Counted from the first letter of the stretch, positions 1 to 10,203 are shown. The stretch: DNA of 64,000 nucleotides from Euryarchaeota archaeon UBA251 (GCA_002497905.1 DAFJ01000024.1:260-64259); one strand, 5' to 3'. Notes: a model not told the origin generated them from the letters alone. Numbers and translations are program-made.

Positions 1-1
1 G

Positions 2-3000
2 GGTTTCCATCATACGACATGGGCTAATTATTCCGATGTTGCAGTTCTCATCAATAACAGAAGTATGGACAGTGTCCAAATAGGCGAAACTTTCGCTGCA
101 GCTCGTGGTATTCCAGAGGAACGAATCTTCCGCTTAACCAATGAAAGCACCCCTACCAGTGAGACAATCAATGCAGGGCAATTCGACGAGTTCTTTGCTG
201 ATCCAGTTCGAGAGATGATGCTAAATCGGTCACTTGGCGGCGAAATCAACTACATTGTCACCACAAAAGGCATTCCACTTCGGGTTAATGGAGGCACTAA
301 TTCACGTGCATCATTTGATTCAGAACTAGCTCTAATCGATTCTGCGCAGTATTCTCCAGCAATTCATGCGAATTACTGGACTGAGCATGCGTATGGCCCT
401 TGGTCGGACACAGTTGGAGATGATTATTCCAGTTATAGTGAGACGCCTGTGCCAATATTCAATCGGATTGATCAGGGATTCTATATTGTTACTAGATTGA
501 CTGGATATGATGTTAGTACTGCACTTGGCCTCATTGATCTTGCCAACGAGTCATACGGTTCTAGAGGCACTACTGTTCTCGATTTGGCTACAAATCGGAA
601 TTCTTCTGGATATCAGTTCTGGAATGATGCCCTATATCGTGCCGATGAAATAGTCAATGGCACCCTTGGTTTTCCTACCGAGTTCAATCAGAACTCAACT
701 TATCTGACGAATGTCGATAATGTAATCCAATATGCTGCGTGGGGGAGTAACGACGGCTCTTGGGGGGATAACCAACTACCAGACAGTGGGTTGGATGCTC
801 CGGATGGCTCTACAAGTTCGGGTATCCGTTCATGGGAGGCATCCACTCCTGTGGTATCGGTAGGGGAGACAAGTGATTGGTACTGGGACGATTCCGTTAA
901 GAAAAATGGCAATGGGGCAGCATCTCTCAGTATTTCATCGGCACCGTGCTCGGCAACAAATGGGGAGATTACCTCAGGCCTCTTAGCTGAGTATTTCGAC
1001 AATCAGGGATTGTCTTACAACTCATCCTTCATGCCGAATCTCACAAACCGTGCCCCGAACCATTTCCGTTCCGAGGCCAACATCGATCAGACTCAAGTGA
1101 ACACATATTGGGCCGGTCTCGATTCACGGTTTGCCGACTATTTCTCGGTACGTCACACTGGTGTGCTGACAATTCCCGAGGATGGGAACTGGACAATCTA
1201 TTCTAATGCTGATGACGGTGTTATGATTTGGATTGATGACGTCCTAGTCGTCAACAATTCAGGTGTGCATGGTATGCGAGAGGTGGGTGTTACGGTCAAT
1301 CTTACGGGGGGCGAACATCGATTCCGAGCCGAGTTCTTTGAGCATGGCGGATGGGCCGGTCATATCGTTTCATGGGAGGGTCCAAATCTAACAAAACAGG
1401 TAATTCCTCCTTCAGCGTTCAGTCGTGCGATGAGTGCTCCCATCCGTTCGGATATTCTAGTCCATCATTGGGATTTTGAAGCTGGGAACGGAACAGTCGT
1501 CGAGGACTTGGTTGGTGATGCGAATCTTTCCATGTCAGGGTCTCCAACATGGCAATCCTGTTTGCTTGGGAACTGTATCCATTTGGATGGTGTTGATGAT
1601 GAACTACGAGTGGATGTTGACGATCGCTTAGGTAATTTCACTATCTCCCTGTGGGCTAAGGCGAACCATACAGGACAACCAGGGTATGCCTCTGTTGTAG
1701 CTGTGAATGATGTGGGTGGCGATTTCGATTCTTTCCAAATTATGACTAGTGGTTCGACACCAGGTGTCTGGCAACTATATCACAACTCTAGATACGATTT
1801 TGGCACAGTTTCTGCAAGTGAATGGGTTCACTTTGTGGTGGTGAAGGACGGTGATCAACTGATGCAGTACATGGATGGAACTCTCGTCAATAATATCACA
1901 TTGCCAAGCGGAGCAATCGATGAGATTGATCTTTACAAATTCGGTGTTAATCGAGCAGGAAATACGCATTGGGCTGGACAAATCGACGAGGTTCAGGTGT
2001 GGACCGAGGCTCTCAATGCATCCGACATTACTCTGGTTAATGGGGAAGTAGCCCTCGATTGTCCATCTTTCACAACCGTTGGTCAGGGATTAAGTCGAAT
2101 CTCTACTAACCTCACAATTGATTTAGAACAGACAGACCATGCGTGGATTCTCTCAGGTCATGGCCGATCTACAGGGGAGATTAATGCAGATTGGATGTTG
2201 AACATAGAAGCTTACGACGGCAATGGCTCTCTTCTTTCAGTCAATTCAACCAATCCAACTACCATGACACCTTCTTGGGCCCAACAGGCCATACGATTCC
2301 GTCCACATGAAAATGCAACCACATTACAGATTTCTTACGAAGCCGAGATTCTGAATATTAGTCGCGAAGGCACCTTGCACTTCGACACGACAAATCTTCG
2401 AATTATCCGCCCACATATGGGCTGGATTCCAGGGTCTATCGCGGAGACTGCAGTATCAACGGGGGGGCGTTCCTTCAATTGGGGCACAGAATATGGGCAG
2501 AGCCTCATTGCCGATATTCTTGAGGATGGTGTTTCTGGTGTCAAAGGATATGTGTACGAGCCTTATCTGACAGCAGTATCTAGGCCAGATTTGATGACTG
2601 CTTACTATGCATCAGGGTACAATCTTGGTGAGGCTTACACTGCATCTAACGGCCACCTGTCTTGGATGGGAGTGGTTGTAGGGGACCCAAAGATGGCGCC
2701 ATTTTCGGATCAGTTACACGACGTAGAAGTTCGGAATGTATCGATACCTGTTAGGGCTTCAGCGAATGAGAATTTTGAGATACATGTGGACGTTGCAAAT
2801 CTTGGTGCATCATCCGCATCTGGATGGATTGAAGTTAGGGAAAGAATTGGTAACTATCTGTTGACAAATCAATCGATTACTTTGCCTGCAGGCGATGAAC
2901 CGGGTTCTATCGCAACACTCCTCATCCCGGTTATGACTTCAACTACCGGATATGTGGATTTCCAGGTTCGTTACATCGCGGATGATGGTCCAATCTTGAA

Positions 3001-4987
3001 TCGATCCCAGTTTGTGCAGTCGAGAATTCTCTCAGAAAGGGTCGTACACAACAATTTTCAAACGGTGAATACGCAAATTAACGGGCCCCCGGTAATCACA
3101 GATATTGCTTGTTCGTCAAATGTTGTCCCACGCGGTGCTACTGTTGCTTGTTGGGTGGATGCGACGGATGATTTTGGTATGGCAACAGCTCAAATGACAA
3201 TCATCGGACCAGAAGGATTTGTCTTGATTTCGATGAATGCTCTATCGAGTGGTTCCGAACGATGGACAGCCTTCTTCGATGTTCCTGGTAATGCCACCCT
3301 TGATTTTTATGATGTACAATTCGATATTACCGACATCGATGGCGTCAATGTGACTTCAAACCTCACCGATGCTCTTGAATTCATAGATTCCCCTTCGATT
3401 TGGTATGGGATTCACATTCAGGGTGCTGATGAGAACGATTGGAACGGAGATACAAATCTTCCATCAAGCACCCCTGAAGGAATGATTCGAGGGAGAGAAG
3501 CAATCATTCGTGCTTGTGTTGAGGATGTAGATCATGATCCTATTACTGAGGCTCCTACGTTCTCTTTTGAATCCGGTGTCTTAGGGGTTGTCGTCGCTCT
3601 TCCGAAGGATCCATCATCTAGTTTTCATTGCTATGCAAGCACCTTACTCCTTCCATTAGATCAGCCATTAATCCCCATTCTTGGCCGTCTAATTGATTCA
3701 GAGGGAAATACCCAGTCAACCCGATCGATCCGCGTTGAAAACGAGGCACCAACCGTTTTGTTGACCTTTGAGAGGGAGGGTATATCGGAAGGTTTCGCAT
3801 TTGGTGTTGGAAATGAATCAGTGAGAATTTCCGTGTTGGATTTGGATGCTGTAAATGGAATGGCAAATGGTCAATTGACATTGCAATGGCCAGAGCAGGG
3901 TGAGATGAAAATCCCGTTCACGGCCATGACTGATGGTACTGATACTATCGTCCCGATTCCGATGCCTGGCCCGGGTCTGACGGCAGGTACGCTCTTACTC
4001 GATGTATCTGTTATCGATCGTGATGCAGGTCAAGCTATCCAATCTATTTCTTTACCTGTAGAGACTCGTCCACCGTCAATTTCAGAGATTAACATCTGTC
4101 GAGGAGGGGAGATATTCCCTCTAGTAAATGGTTCAATCTTGAATCGAGGTGAGGCCAATCACATGGTAGTGTCTCTCGATATCCATCGCAAGGTCTTGCA
4201 GACGACTGCATCAATTCGTCAGGCAGGGTGGAGTGAGACGCTTGATTTCTCACTTGAAACCCCTTCTAACTGTGAGGTATTAGATGCCATTGTATACACT
4301 GTGAATGTTCCTTCAGATTTCACAGAGGGGGGGGCCTCAATCGTATTGATTGCTGTGGATCAGGATGGGCTGGCCTCGGGCTGGACCGAATCGATTGAGA
4401 TTATTTTTCCCTCACCTGTAATTCACGATATTCATTGGCCATTAGGGGCTGAGGTTGGTATCCCTAGTACGATAGGGTTCAATGTAACAGATCTTGACGA
4501 CTTGTCTAGTGTTCTGTGCAATATCGATATTGTTCAAGGGAACCTTAGTATTCTATCTGTAGAGGCGTCACCCGGCCAGGAGGGTGGCATTCTTGTCGAA
4601 TGGAAACCAGGTCGACCGATGGAGAACGTCAGTGCAAGTATTGTGTGTCGAGATGAGCTTGGTCGTGTTGACGAATCCAATATCACGGGATTGAATGTCA
4701 CAGGGGAGGTGGAACTACTCATAGATGATTCATTTGAAGAAACTGAGGAACAGGCGGATGGAATTGGTTTCATGTTACCTGGTGTCGTACTCGCAGTTCT
4801 GATACTGTTGCTGTTAATTACTCAAGTATTACGCAGCGCACGTTTTACTTCGATGAAGGATGAATCCGAATCTCCTTGGATTGTTGCGGAATCCGATGCT
4901 TTACTGATGCAACTCGACACCTCTTCAATTACTGATGATGAATCTGATGTTTCGACAAATGATAGTGATGTTGTGAATGAGGATTGA
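2..4987 (+). CDS. 5'-truncated TIGR03790-family surface protein with inserted PA14 and LamG-like domains, Ig/CARDB-like repeats and C-terminal TM anchor
   Basis: Frame is open from base 2 (DVAVLINNRSMDSVQIGETFAAARGIP, TIGR03790-type N-terminus); YIVTTKGIPLR, VTRLTGY and later GVSGVKGYVYEPYL...GYNLGEA...WMGVVVGDP; PA14 (GLLAEYF...ADDG...FFEHGG); LamG (HWDFE...GQIDEVQVW); hydrophobic C-terminal helix plus acidic tail. Confidence 0.8.
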   Translation, partial: GFHHTTWANYSDVAVLINNRSMDSVQIGETFAAARGIPEERIFRLTNESTPTSETINAGQFDEFFADPVREMMLNRSLGGEINYIVTTKGIPLRVNGGTNSRASFDSELALIDSAQYSPAIHANYWTEHAYGPWSDTVGDDYSSYSETPVPIFNRIDQGFYIVTRLTGYDVSTALGLIDLANESYGSRGTTVLDLATNRNSSGYQFWNDALYRADEIVNGTLGFPTEFNQNSTYLTNVDNVIQYAAWGSNDGSWGDNQLPDSGLDAPDGSTSSGIRSWEASTPVVSVGETSDWYWDDSVKKNGNGAASLSISSAPCSATNGEITSGLLAEYFDNQGLSYNSSFMPNLTNRAPNHFRSEANIDQTQVNTYWAGLDSRFADYFSVRHTGVLTIPEDGNWTIYSNADDGVMIWIDDVLVVNNSGVHGMREVGVTVNLTGGEHRFRAEFFEHGGWAGHIVSWEGPNLTKQVIPPSAFSRAMSAPIRSDILVHHWDFEAGNGTVVEDLVGDANLSMSGSPTWQSCLLGNCIHLDGVDDELRVDVDDRLGNFTISLWAKANHTGQPGYASVVAVNDVGGDFDSFQIMTSGSTPGVWQLYHNSRYDFGTVSASEWVHFVVVKDGDQLMQYMDGTLVNNITLPSGAIDEIDLYKFGVNRAGNTHWAGQIDEVQVWTEALNASDITLVNGEVALDCPSFTTVGQGLSRISTNLTIDLEQTDHAWILSGHGRSTGEINADWMLNIEAYDGNGSLLSVNSTNPTTMTPSWAQQAIRFRPHENATTLQISYEAEILNISREGTLHFDTTNLRIIRPHMGWIPGSIAETAVSTGGRSFNWGTEYGQSLIADILEDGVSGVKGYVYEPYLTAVSRPDLMTAYYASGYNLGEAYTASNGHLSWMGVVVGDPKMAPFSDQLHDVEVRNVSIPVRASANENFEIHVDVANLGASSASGWIEVRERIGNYLLTNQSITLPAGDEPGSIATLLIPVMTSTTGYVDFQVRYIADDGPILNRSQFVQSRILSERVVHNNFQTVNTQINGPPVITDIACSSNVVPRGATVACWVDATDDFGMATAQMTIIGPEGFVLISMNALSSGSERWTAFFDVPGNATLDFYDVQFDITDIDGVNVTSNLTDALEFIDSPSIWYGIHIQGADENDWNGDTNLPSSTPEGMIRGREAIIRACVEDVDHDPITEAPTFSFESGVLGVVVALPKDPSSSFHCYASTLLLPLDQPLIPILGRLIDSEGNTQSTRSIRVENEAPTVLLTFEREGISEGFAFGVGNESVRISVLDLDAVNGMANGQLTLQWPEQGEMKIPFTAMTDGTDTIVPIPMPGPGLTAGTLLLDVSVIDRDAGQAIQSISLPVETRPPSISEINICRGGEIFPLVNGSILNRGEANHMVVSLDIHRKVLQTTASIRQAGWSETLDFSLETPSNCEVLDAIVYTVNVPSDFTEGGASIVLIAVDQDGLASGWTESIEIIFPSPVIHDIHWPLGAEVGIPSTIGFNVTDLDDLSSVLCNIDIVQGNLSILSVEASPGQEGGILVEWKPGRPMENVSASIVCRDELGRVDESNITGLNVTGEVELLIDDSFEETEEQADGIGFMLPGVVLAVLILLLLITQVLRSARFTSMKDESESPWIVAESDALLMQLDTSSITDDESDVSTNDSDVVNED

Positions 4988-5037
4988 GTTGATTACTGTA
5001 GCAAAGCCTTGATTGGCTAATGCCTTTATCGCCCTCC

Positions 5038-5271
5038 ATGGCAACTGGATACGTGCTTGTGAATGTTGAACCGGGAATGGAGTTCTCTGTCTTTGAATCG
5101 GTTAAGGGACTGGATAAAGTTGCAGATGCAACTCTCCTTTTCGGCGACTATGATCTAATAATCAAGGTAATTTCAGAAGACATGTCTTCTATTGCCGCAT
5201 TTGTCGTTGAGAAAGTACGCCAAGTCGAAGGTGTTTCAAACACAAAAACACTTGCTGGCGCTGAGATTTGA
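5038..5271 (+). CDS. Stand-alone Lrp/AsnC ligand-binding (RAM) domain protein
   Basis: GYVLVNVEPG...LFGDYDLIIKV...IR/VRQVEGVSNTKTL; start moved to ATG 5038. Confidence 0.85.
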   Translation: MATGYVLVNVEPGMEFSVFESVKGLDKVADATLLFGDYDLIIKVISEDMSSIAAFVVEKVRQVEGVSNTKTLAGAEI

Positions 5272-5348
5272 GCACATCGATGGACTGCGAGGAACCCCTC
5301 GGAATCCCTGAAAAACCGTTGATTTCGGAGACGTATTGCGTTTTTGTG

Positions 5349-5394
5349 GTTAAAGTTTATACGCGAGAAACCAAGCAGGTTTGTTCACAGGTGA
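5349..5394 (+). promoter_or_regulatory. Putative TATA box and Shine-Dalgarno of the MC1 gene
   Basis: AAAGTTTATA about 45 nt upstream and AGGTGA about 7 nt upstream of ATG 5401. Confidence 0.5.
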
Positions 5395-5400
5395 AGCCTG

Positions 5401-5667
5401 ATGAGTGAAAAGAAGTACTTCGTACTAATGGAAAACGGGAAGGACACCTCCACGGTGTACCACAACAAGCAGCCCCGCCAGGCGGCCCTAAAGGCCGCCA
5501 ACAAGGGACACAAGGACATCCGTCTGCGCGAGCGCGGCACGGACAAGGTCCACGTGTTCACTGGGCAGCGCAACCAGGTGCCAAAGCCTGCTAGCGCACC
5601 TGCGTGGCTGAAGGGTGACACGGTCTGGAAGGCCAACGTCAGCAAGGTCGGCATCGAGCGCCTTTGA
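5401..5667 (+). CDS. Non-histone chromosomal protein MC1
   Basis: QPRQAALKAA...IRLRERGT.KVHVF.G...P.W signature; strongly C/G-ending codons suggest high expression. Confidence 0.92.
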   Translation: MSEKKYFVLMENGKDTSTVYHNKQPRQAALKAANKGHKDIRLRERGTDKVHVFTGQRNQVPKPASAPAWLKGDTVWKANVSKVGIERL

Positions 5668-5733
5668 GCAGCTCTGCAGACACCCTCTTGGAAATAATTC
5701 CCATGAACCGCCCTTAGGGCCCAGAACATCCCC

Positions 5734-5770
5734 CGCCTTAGACCGTCGGCGTCCCCTTCGGTCTTAGGCG
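5734..5770. other. GC-rich inverted repeat (stem-loop) downstream of MC1
   Basis: CGCCTTAGACCG ... CGGTCTTAGGCG, 12-bp stem with one mismatch. Confidence 0.55.
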
Positions 5771-5858
5771 AACCCCTTCTTCTCTGAATTATCCATTTGA
5801 GTTATTGGATAGAGGTTATTCTTGATAGAGTGTCTTCAGGTTTTTTTTCCTGATAGCA

Positions 5859-6440
5859 ATGCAGATGTCTCCCTTTGAATTCGTGACTATTTTCTGTTCG
5901 TTGATTCTTGGTTTGGCTCTTACGCACATCTTTCGAGCAGTATCGGATTTGTATGAAATACGTGACCGAGTCAAAACATATTGGCTCAATTCGCTTTGGG
6001 TTGTCACCGTTACTATGTGGGCGATTTACACATGGTGGGGGTTGTGGTCGCTATCTATCGATATGGATATCTGGAATTATGGACAATATTGGTTCCTGGT
6101 CGTGAATCTGTCTTCAATCTACTTTTTCACGACACTGGTCCTTCCTAAAGCAACAGATGAAGGGCAGATTAATCTTGAAAATCACTACTATTCGGTGCAC
6201 AAGGCCTTCTTTGTCATCGTAGCAATTTCGTTATTCTCATCTAGCGCGGTGAACTTTGCTCTGTTCGGGAAGGCGCTAGCTACACCTCAGGTGATTATGC
6301 CTACAATTGTGGGTTGTGCTGCTGTAGGGGCTGCCATTAACAATTCCAAGAAGTATCACCAAGTCATCGGTGTTTTCATGTTCTTGATGTTCATTGCCTT
6401 CCAGATGACAGATGAATTGGTAATCACCTTCACACCCTGA
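5859..6440 (+). CDS. Hypothetical multi-pass membrane protein
   Basis: About 6 hydrophobic helices; MSPFEF...LILGLALTH, YW...LW, HYY motifs resemble a bacterial uncharacterised family. Confidence 0.7.
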   Translation: MQMSPFEFVTIFCSLILGLALTHIFRAVSDLYEIRDRVKTYWLNSLWVVTVTMWAIYTWWGLWSLSIDMDIWNYGQYWFLVVNLSSIYFFTTLVLPKATDEGQINLENHYYSVHKAFFVIVAISLFSSSAVNFALFGKALATPQVIMPTIVGCAAVGAAINNSKKYHQVIGVFMFLMFIAFQMTDELVITFTP

Positions 6441-6455
6441 TCGGATGCAACTTGC

Positions 6456-7223
6456 TTATTTGCGAAGACCAAGTTTCTTCGCAAGTATCGCAAGTGGGTC
6501 GTAGTATTCGGTGACTACACGTTCCTTTAACGGAATGATTGCGTTGTCTGTAATGTTAATTCCAGCAGGGCATACTTCTGTGCAGCAACGAGTAATATTA
6601 CAGTAATTGATGCCAAAATCGTCCTTTATCTCTTTCAATCGTTCTATCTTGTCAAGCGGATGCATTTCTAAACCTGCAAGTCGGACAAAGAACCTTGGAC
6701 CAACAAATTCTTCGAACATTTGGTGTTCACGCATTACATGGCATGTATTCACACATAACATGCACTCAATGCAACTTCTGAATTCTTGAATCCGATTTGC
6801 TTCGTTTTGATGGAAAACCCAATCTTTCTCATCTGGGCCTGAGATTGGCGATATTCGCTTATCTGTTTTGTAAGCCCACGATGTGTCTGTGACTAGATCG
6901 CGAAGTAGCGGAAATGATTGCATGGGTTTTATTGTAATTGGAGCAGATGGGTCAGGCATATCATGAAACACTTCGTCCATTCTAGTCATGCACATTAGTT
7001 GTGATTTTCCATTAATTTCCGCGCTGCAAGATCCACATTTACCAGCCTTACAATTCCACCTACATGCTAAATCAGGTGCGTCAGATGATTGTATTCTATG
7101 AATAACATCGAGAACAACCATACCTTCGTCTAATTCGACAGTGTAGTCGATCATTTCTCCTTGAGCGACTCCTGAATCATCAGGAGCGCCCCTGAAGACA
7201 CTGAAAGTAACTTTGTCTGCCAA
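6456..7223 (-). CDS. sdhB: Succinate dehydrogenase/fumarate reductase iron-sulfur subunit (actinobacterial Sdh1 type)
   Basis: RWNCKAGKCGSC...LMC, CIECMLCVNTC, CNITRCCTEVCP; TTG start. Confidence 0.92.
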   Translation of the reverse strand: MADKVTFSVFRGAPDDSGVAQGEMIDYTVELDEGMVVLDVIHRIQSSDAPDLACRWNCKAGKCGSCSAEINGKSQLMCMTRMDEVFHDMPDPSAPITIKPMQSFPLLRDLVTDTSWAYKTDKRISPISGPDEKDWVFHQNEANRIQEFRSCIECMLCVNTCHVMREHQMFEEFVGPRFFVRLAGLEMHPLDKIERLKEIKDDFGINYCNITRCCTEVCPAGINITDNAIIPLKERVVTEYYDPLAILAKKLGLRK

Positions 7224-7225
7224 TT

Positions 7226-9058
7226 TTATTCCTCCTCGTGCAGGTCATCCTTGTCAAGGTGCACCTTCAATTCCTCGGGTATTGGAGGGTACTTGGTATA
7301 ATCAATTACCATATTTCCACTTTCATCTTGTTTGATACGACTGTTGATTTTTCCCCATTTTTGATGATCTGGGATCGGAAAATCCTCTCTCGTGTGGCCA
7401 CCTCGACTTTCCTCACGATGTAATGCAGCAAGAGCGCACATCCGGCTAACATCTATCATCGCCTGTATTTCCAACGATTGATGCCAGCCGGGGTTGTATA
7501 TCCTGCCACCTGGAGAAGATGTAAATTTCGCTCTATTCTCTAACTCATCCAGATCTTTCAAGGCTTCTTTGAGTAGTTTTCCAGTGCGGATGATCCCTAC
7601 TTTGTTTTGCATCATGTGGCGCAAATCCTCAACAACAGTTGCGGGGTTCTCACCTTCTGAGCGGTTGAGTGGGGCTAGGGTAGTTTTGATTGCATAATCA
7701 ATTTCTTTTTGATCGATATCAAGATAATCTGAAGTGGATTTTGCAGCAATAGCCGCGGCTTCTCCTGCAATCTTCCCGAACACAATCAGGTCTGAGAGGG
7801 AATTTCCTCCAAGCCGATTGGCTCCGTGGAGTCCTGTCGCTGCTTCTCCAGCAGCATATAACCCTGGAACTGTTGTTTCTTGGGTATACGAATCAACTTT
7901 GACTCCCCCCATAACATAATGCGCGGTTGGCCCAACTTCCATAGCTTGCTTGGTAATGTCAACTGCGGCGAGTTCCATGAATTGGTGATACATACCTGGG
8001 AGTTTCTTTCTAACTTCATCTTCGTCTCTCCATGAAATATCAAGATATGCTCCACCATGTTCAGATGCGCGGCCTGCTTCTCGTTCACTGTTTATCGCTT
8101 TTGCAACAACATCTCGGGTTAGCAGTTCAGGGGGCCGTCTTTTTGTTGCGAGTTTGCCGGCGATCACTTCTTCTACCCATTCTAGAGCCTCTTGCTCTGT
8201 ATCTGCAAATTCCTCTCTGTACATTTCTGGAACATAATCGAACATGAATCGTTTCCCTTCGGAATTACGCAGCATTCCACCTTCGCCTCGAACTCCTTCA
8301 GTAACTAAGATCCCTTTTACTGACGGTGGCCAAATCATTCCAGTAGGATGGAACTGTACGAATTCCATGTCACCCATATGTGCTCCAACCCAGTATGCAA
8401 GCGCATGTCCTTCTCCAGTATATTCCCAAGACCCAGAACAAACTTCCCAGCATCGAGTTATGCCTCCAGTTGCAAGAACGATTTTTTTTGCTTTGAAAAG
8501 ATGCAAACTACCATCTTGACGGTTGTAACAAAAAAATCCACTGATATGGCCATCGGTCTTGAATAGCGTTCGAACCGTATATTCCATGAATACCTCCATG
8601 CCTGTGTGGATTCCTTTTTGCTGCAATGTTCGTATTATTTCGAGACCAGTTGCATCTCCGATATGGGCAAGCCTTGGGAAGGTATGGCCTCCGAAGTTTC
8701 TCTGATTGGTTATCCCTTTTGGAGTTCGATCGAAAACAGCCCCCCATTGTTCCAATTCTCGGATACGGTCAGGTGCTTGTTGAGCATGAATTTGAGCCAT
8801 CCTCCAGTCTCCAAGATATTTTCCTCCTTTCATTGTATCACGAAAGTGTGTTTGCCATGAATCACGATGATCTTTGTTTGAAAGAGCTGCTGCGGCTCCT
8901 CCTTCAGCCATAACTGTGTGAGCTTTTCCTAGCATTGATTTGGAAATAATAGCAACTGAAACATTATGAGAACTTGCTTCGATTGCAGCTCTGAGGCCTG
9001 CCCCACCAGCTCCAATCACTACCACATCATACTGGTGAGTAGTATATCCTTCATCCAT
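7226..9058 (-). CDS. sdhA: Succinate dehydrogenase/fumarate reductase flavoprotein subunit
   Basis: GAGGAG, AHTVMAEGG (covalent FAD His), QFHPTG, TEGVRGEGG, HYVMGG, HGANRLGGNSL, ESRGGH. Confidence 0.95.
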   Translation of the reverse strand: MDEGYTTHQYDVVVIGAGGAGLRAAIEASSHNVSVAIISKSMLGKAHTVMAEGGAAAALSNKDHRDSWQTHFRDTMKGGKYLGDWRMAQIHAQQAPDRIRELEQWGAVFDRTPKGITNQRNFGGHTFPRLAHIGDATGLEIIRTLQQKGIHTGMEVFMEYTVRTLFKTDGHISGFFCYNRQDGSLHLFKAKKIVLATGGITRCWEVCSGSWEYTGEGHALAYWVGAHMGDMEFVQFHPTGMIWPPSVKGILVTEGVRGEGGMLRNSEGKRFMFDYVPEMYREEFADTEQEALEWVEEVIAGKLATKRRPPELLTRDVVAKAINSEREAGRASEHGGAYLDISWRDEDEVRKKLPGMYHQFMELAAVDITKQAMEVGPTAHYVMGGVKVDSYTQETTVPGLYAAGEAATGLHGANRLGGNSLSDLIVFGKIAGEAAAIAAKSTSDYLDIDQKEIDYAIKTTLAPLNRSEGENPATVVEDLRHMMQNKVGIIRTGKLLKEALKDLDELENRAKFTSSPGGRIYNPGWHQSLEIQAMIDVSRMCALAALHREESRGGHTREDFPIPDHQKWGKINSRIKQDESGNMVIDYTKYPPIPEELKVHLDKDDLHEEE

Positions 9059-9068
9059 AGGTCAAACC

Positions 9069-9863
9069 TCAGAATATCCTGGGGTCGCTGAGGACCCCCT
9101 CTGCGACACCCCACACAAATAAGTCCCCAAGAAAAACCATTGCTAAACTGGTCCAAAACCAAAATCCATGGTGAATATTGAAACCACTTACAATTTCGTA
9201 CATTTTTCCTTGAAATTTCCCAAGGCTACCCCTCCATCTATTTGCTCCTCCTCCAATCAAATGTCTGAATGCATGGCATGATGTTACGTACATAGTTAGA
9301 AGGAAGGCTTCGATTGTAAGCACTATTGTTCCAATGGATAGCCCAATGCTAGTTTGTCCATTAGGCGAGTAGAATTGCATTGTGTGAAGGATATCGAAAT
9401 ACTTCATTGTCAGTATGATCAATGCTAGGTATAGCATGTATCTATGTAGATGATTAAAGAAGAAAAGTCCTCTTTCACCACGGTATCCAATCTTCTTGGA
9501 AATTTTAGGCTCCGCGACCATACATGCGCTTGGACTAGCAAAAAAAGTCCTGTAGTACACTTTTCGCATGTAATAGCAAGTCCCGCGAAAACCAAATGGA
9601 ATCCATAGAATCAACATCGCAGAATTTGCCCAATTTGGAACATCTAGATTCCAGAGATGGATGATATCTGGAGAGAAAATTGGACTTGTAACCCTGTGAT
9701 TTTCATAGTGGATTTGAGAATCAAAGAAAACCAGCCTCAACACTGTGTATACTAAGGCTGCAGTTAGTGCAACCCCCATCCACAGTGGTTGTGTCCACCA
9801 CCGATCAATCCTATCCGTTTCTCCAAAACCACTGGACATTGGGAGCTTGACTGTAGTTCCCAT
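9069..9863 (-). CDS. Sdh1-type membrane anchor (Rv0249c-like)
   Basis: R.DRWW..P, FRGTCYYMRKVYYR, HLHRY, SCHAFRHLIGG, HHGFWFW; directly upstream of sdhA; start moved to ATG 9863 (GGTG upstream). Confidence 0.8.
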   Translation of the reverse strand: MGTTVKLPMSSGFGETDRIDRWWTQPLWMGVALTAALVYTVLRLVFFDSQIHYENHRVTSPIFSPDIIHLWNLDVPNWANSAMLILWIPFGFRGTCYYMRKVYYRTFFASPSACMVAEPKISKKIGYRGERGLFFFNHLHRYMLYLALIILTMKYFDILHTMQFYSPNGQTSIGLSIGTIVLTIEAFLLTMYVTSCHAFRHLIGGGANRWRGSLGKFQGKMYEIVSGFNIHHGFWFWTSLAMVFLGDLFVWGVAEGVLSDPRIF

Positions 9864-9922
9864 AGTATAGCACCTTACCCTTTTTTCAACGGTCTTTATC
9901 TCTATTGTTTCTTGGAATCCCA

Positions 9923-10150
9923 TCAAGCATTACATTTAGTAGACGCATGAGTCCCATCGCTTCTTCGATCTTGCCTGATAATCCTGTAAGTTGCTAGAGT
10001 TAAAACAACTGAAATTATTGACCAAGCCACTGTTGAAATCACCAGAAGAAATGAGCCGATATAATTCAAAATCATCTCACTGGTTTGTATCTTGTTGAGG
10101 CTGCTAATCATGATTCCAAAGACAATGACGGCCAGAATCGATTTGGCCAT
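9923..10150 (-). CDS. Small two-TM hypothetical protein
   Basis: 75-aa ORF with two hydrophobic stretches upstream of the sdh genes. Confidence 0.45.
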   Translation of the reverse strand: MAKSILAVIVFGIMISSLNKIQTSEMILNYIGSFLLVISTVAWSIISVVLTLATYRIIRQDRRSDGTHASTKCNA

Positions 10151-10203
10151 GTTATTTTGTCGATACCCTCCTTCTTTAGGTATTGCTTGAACTCATTTTC
10201 CAT

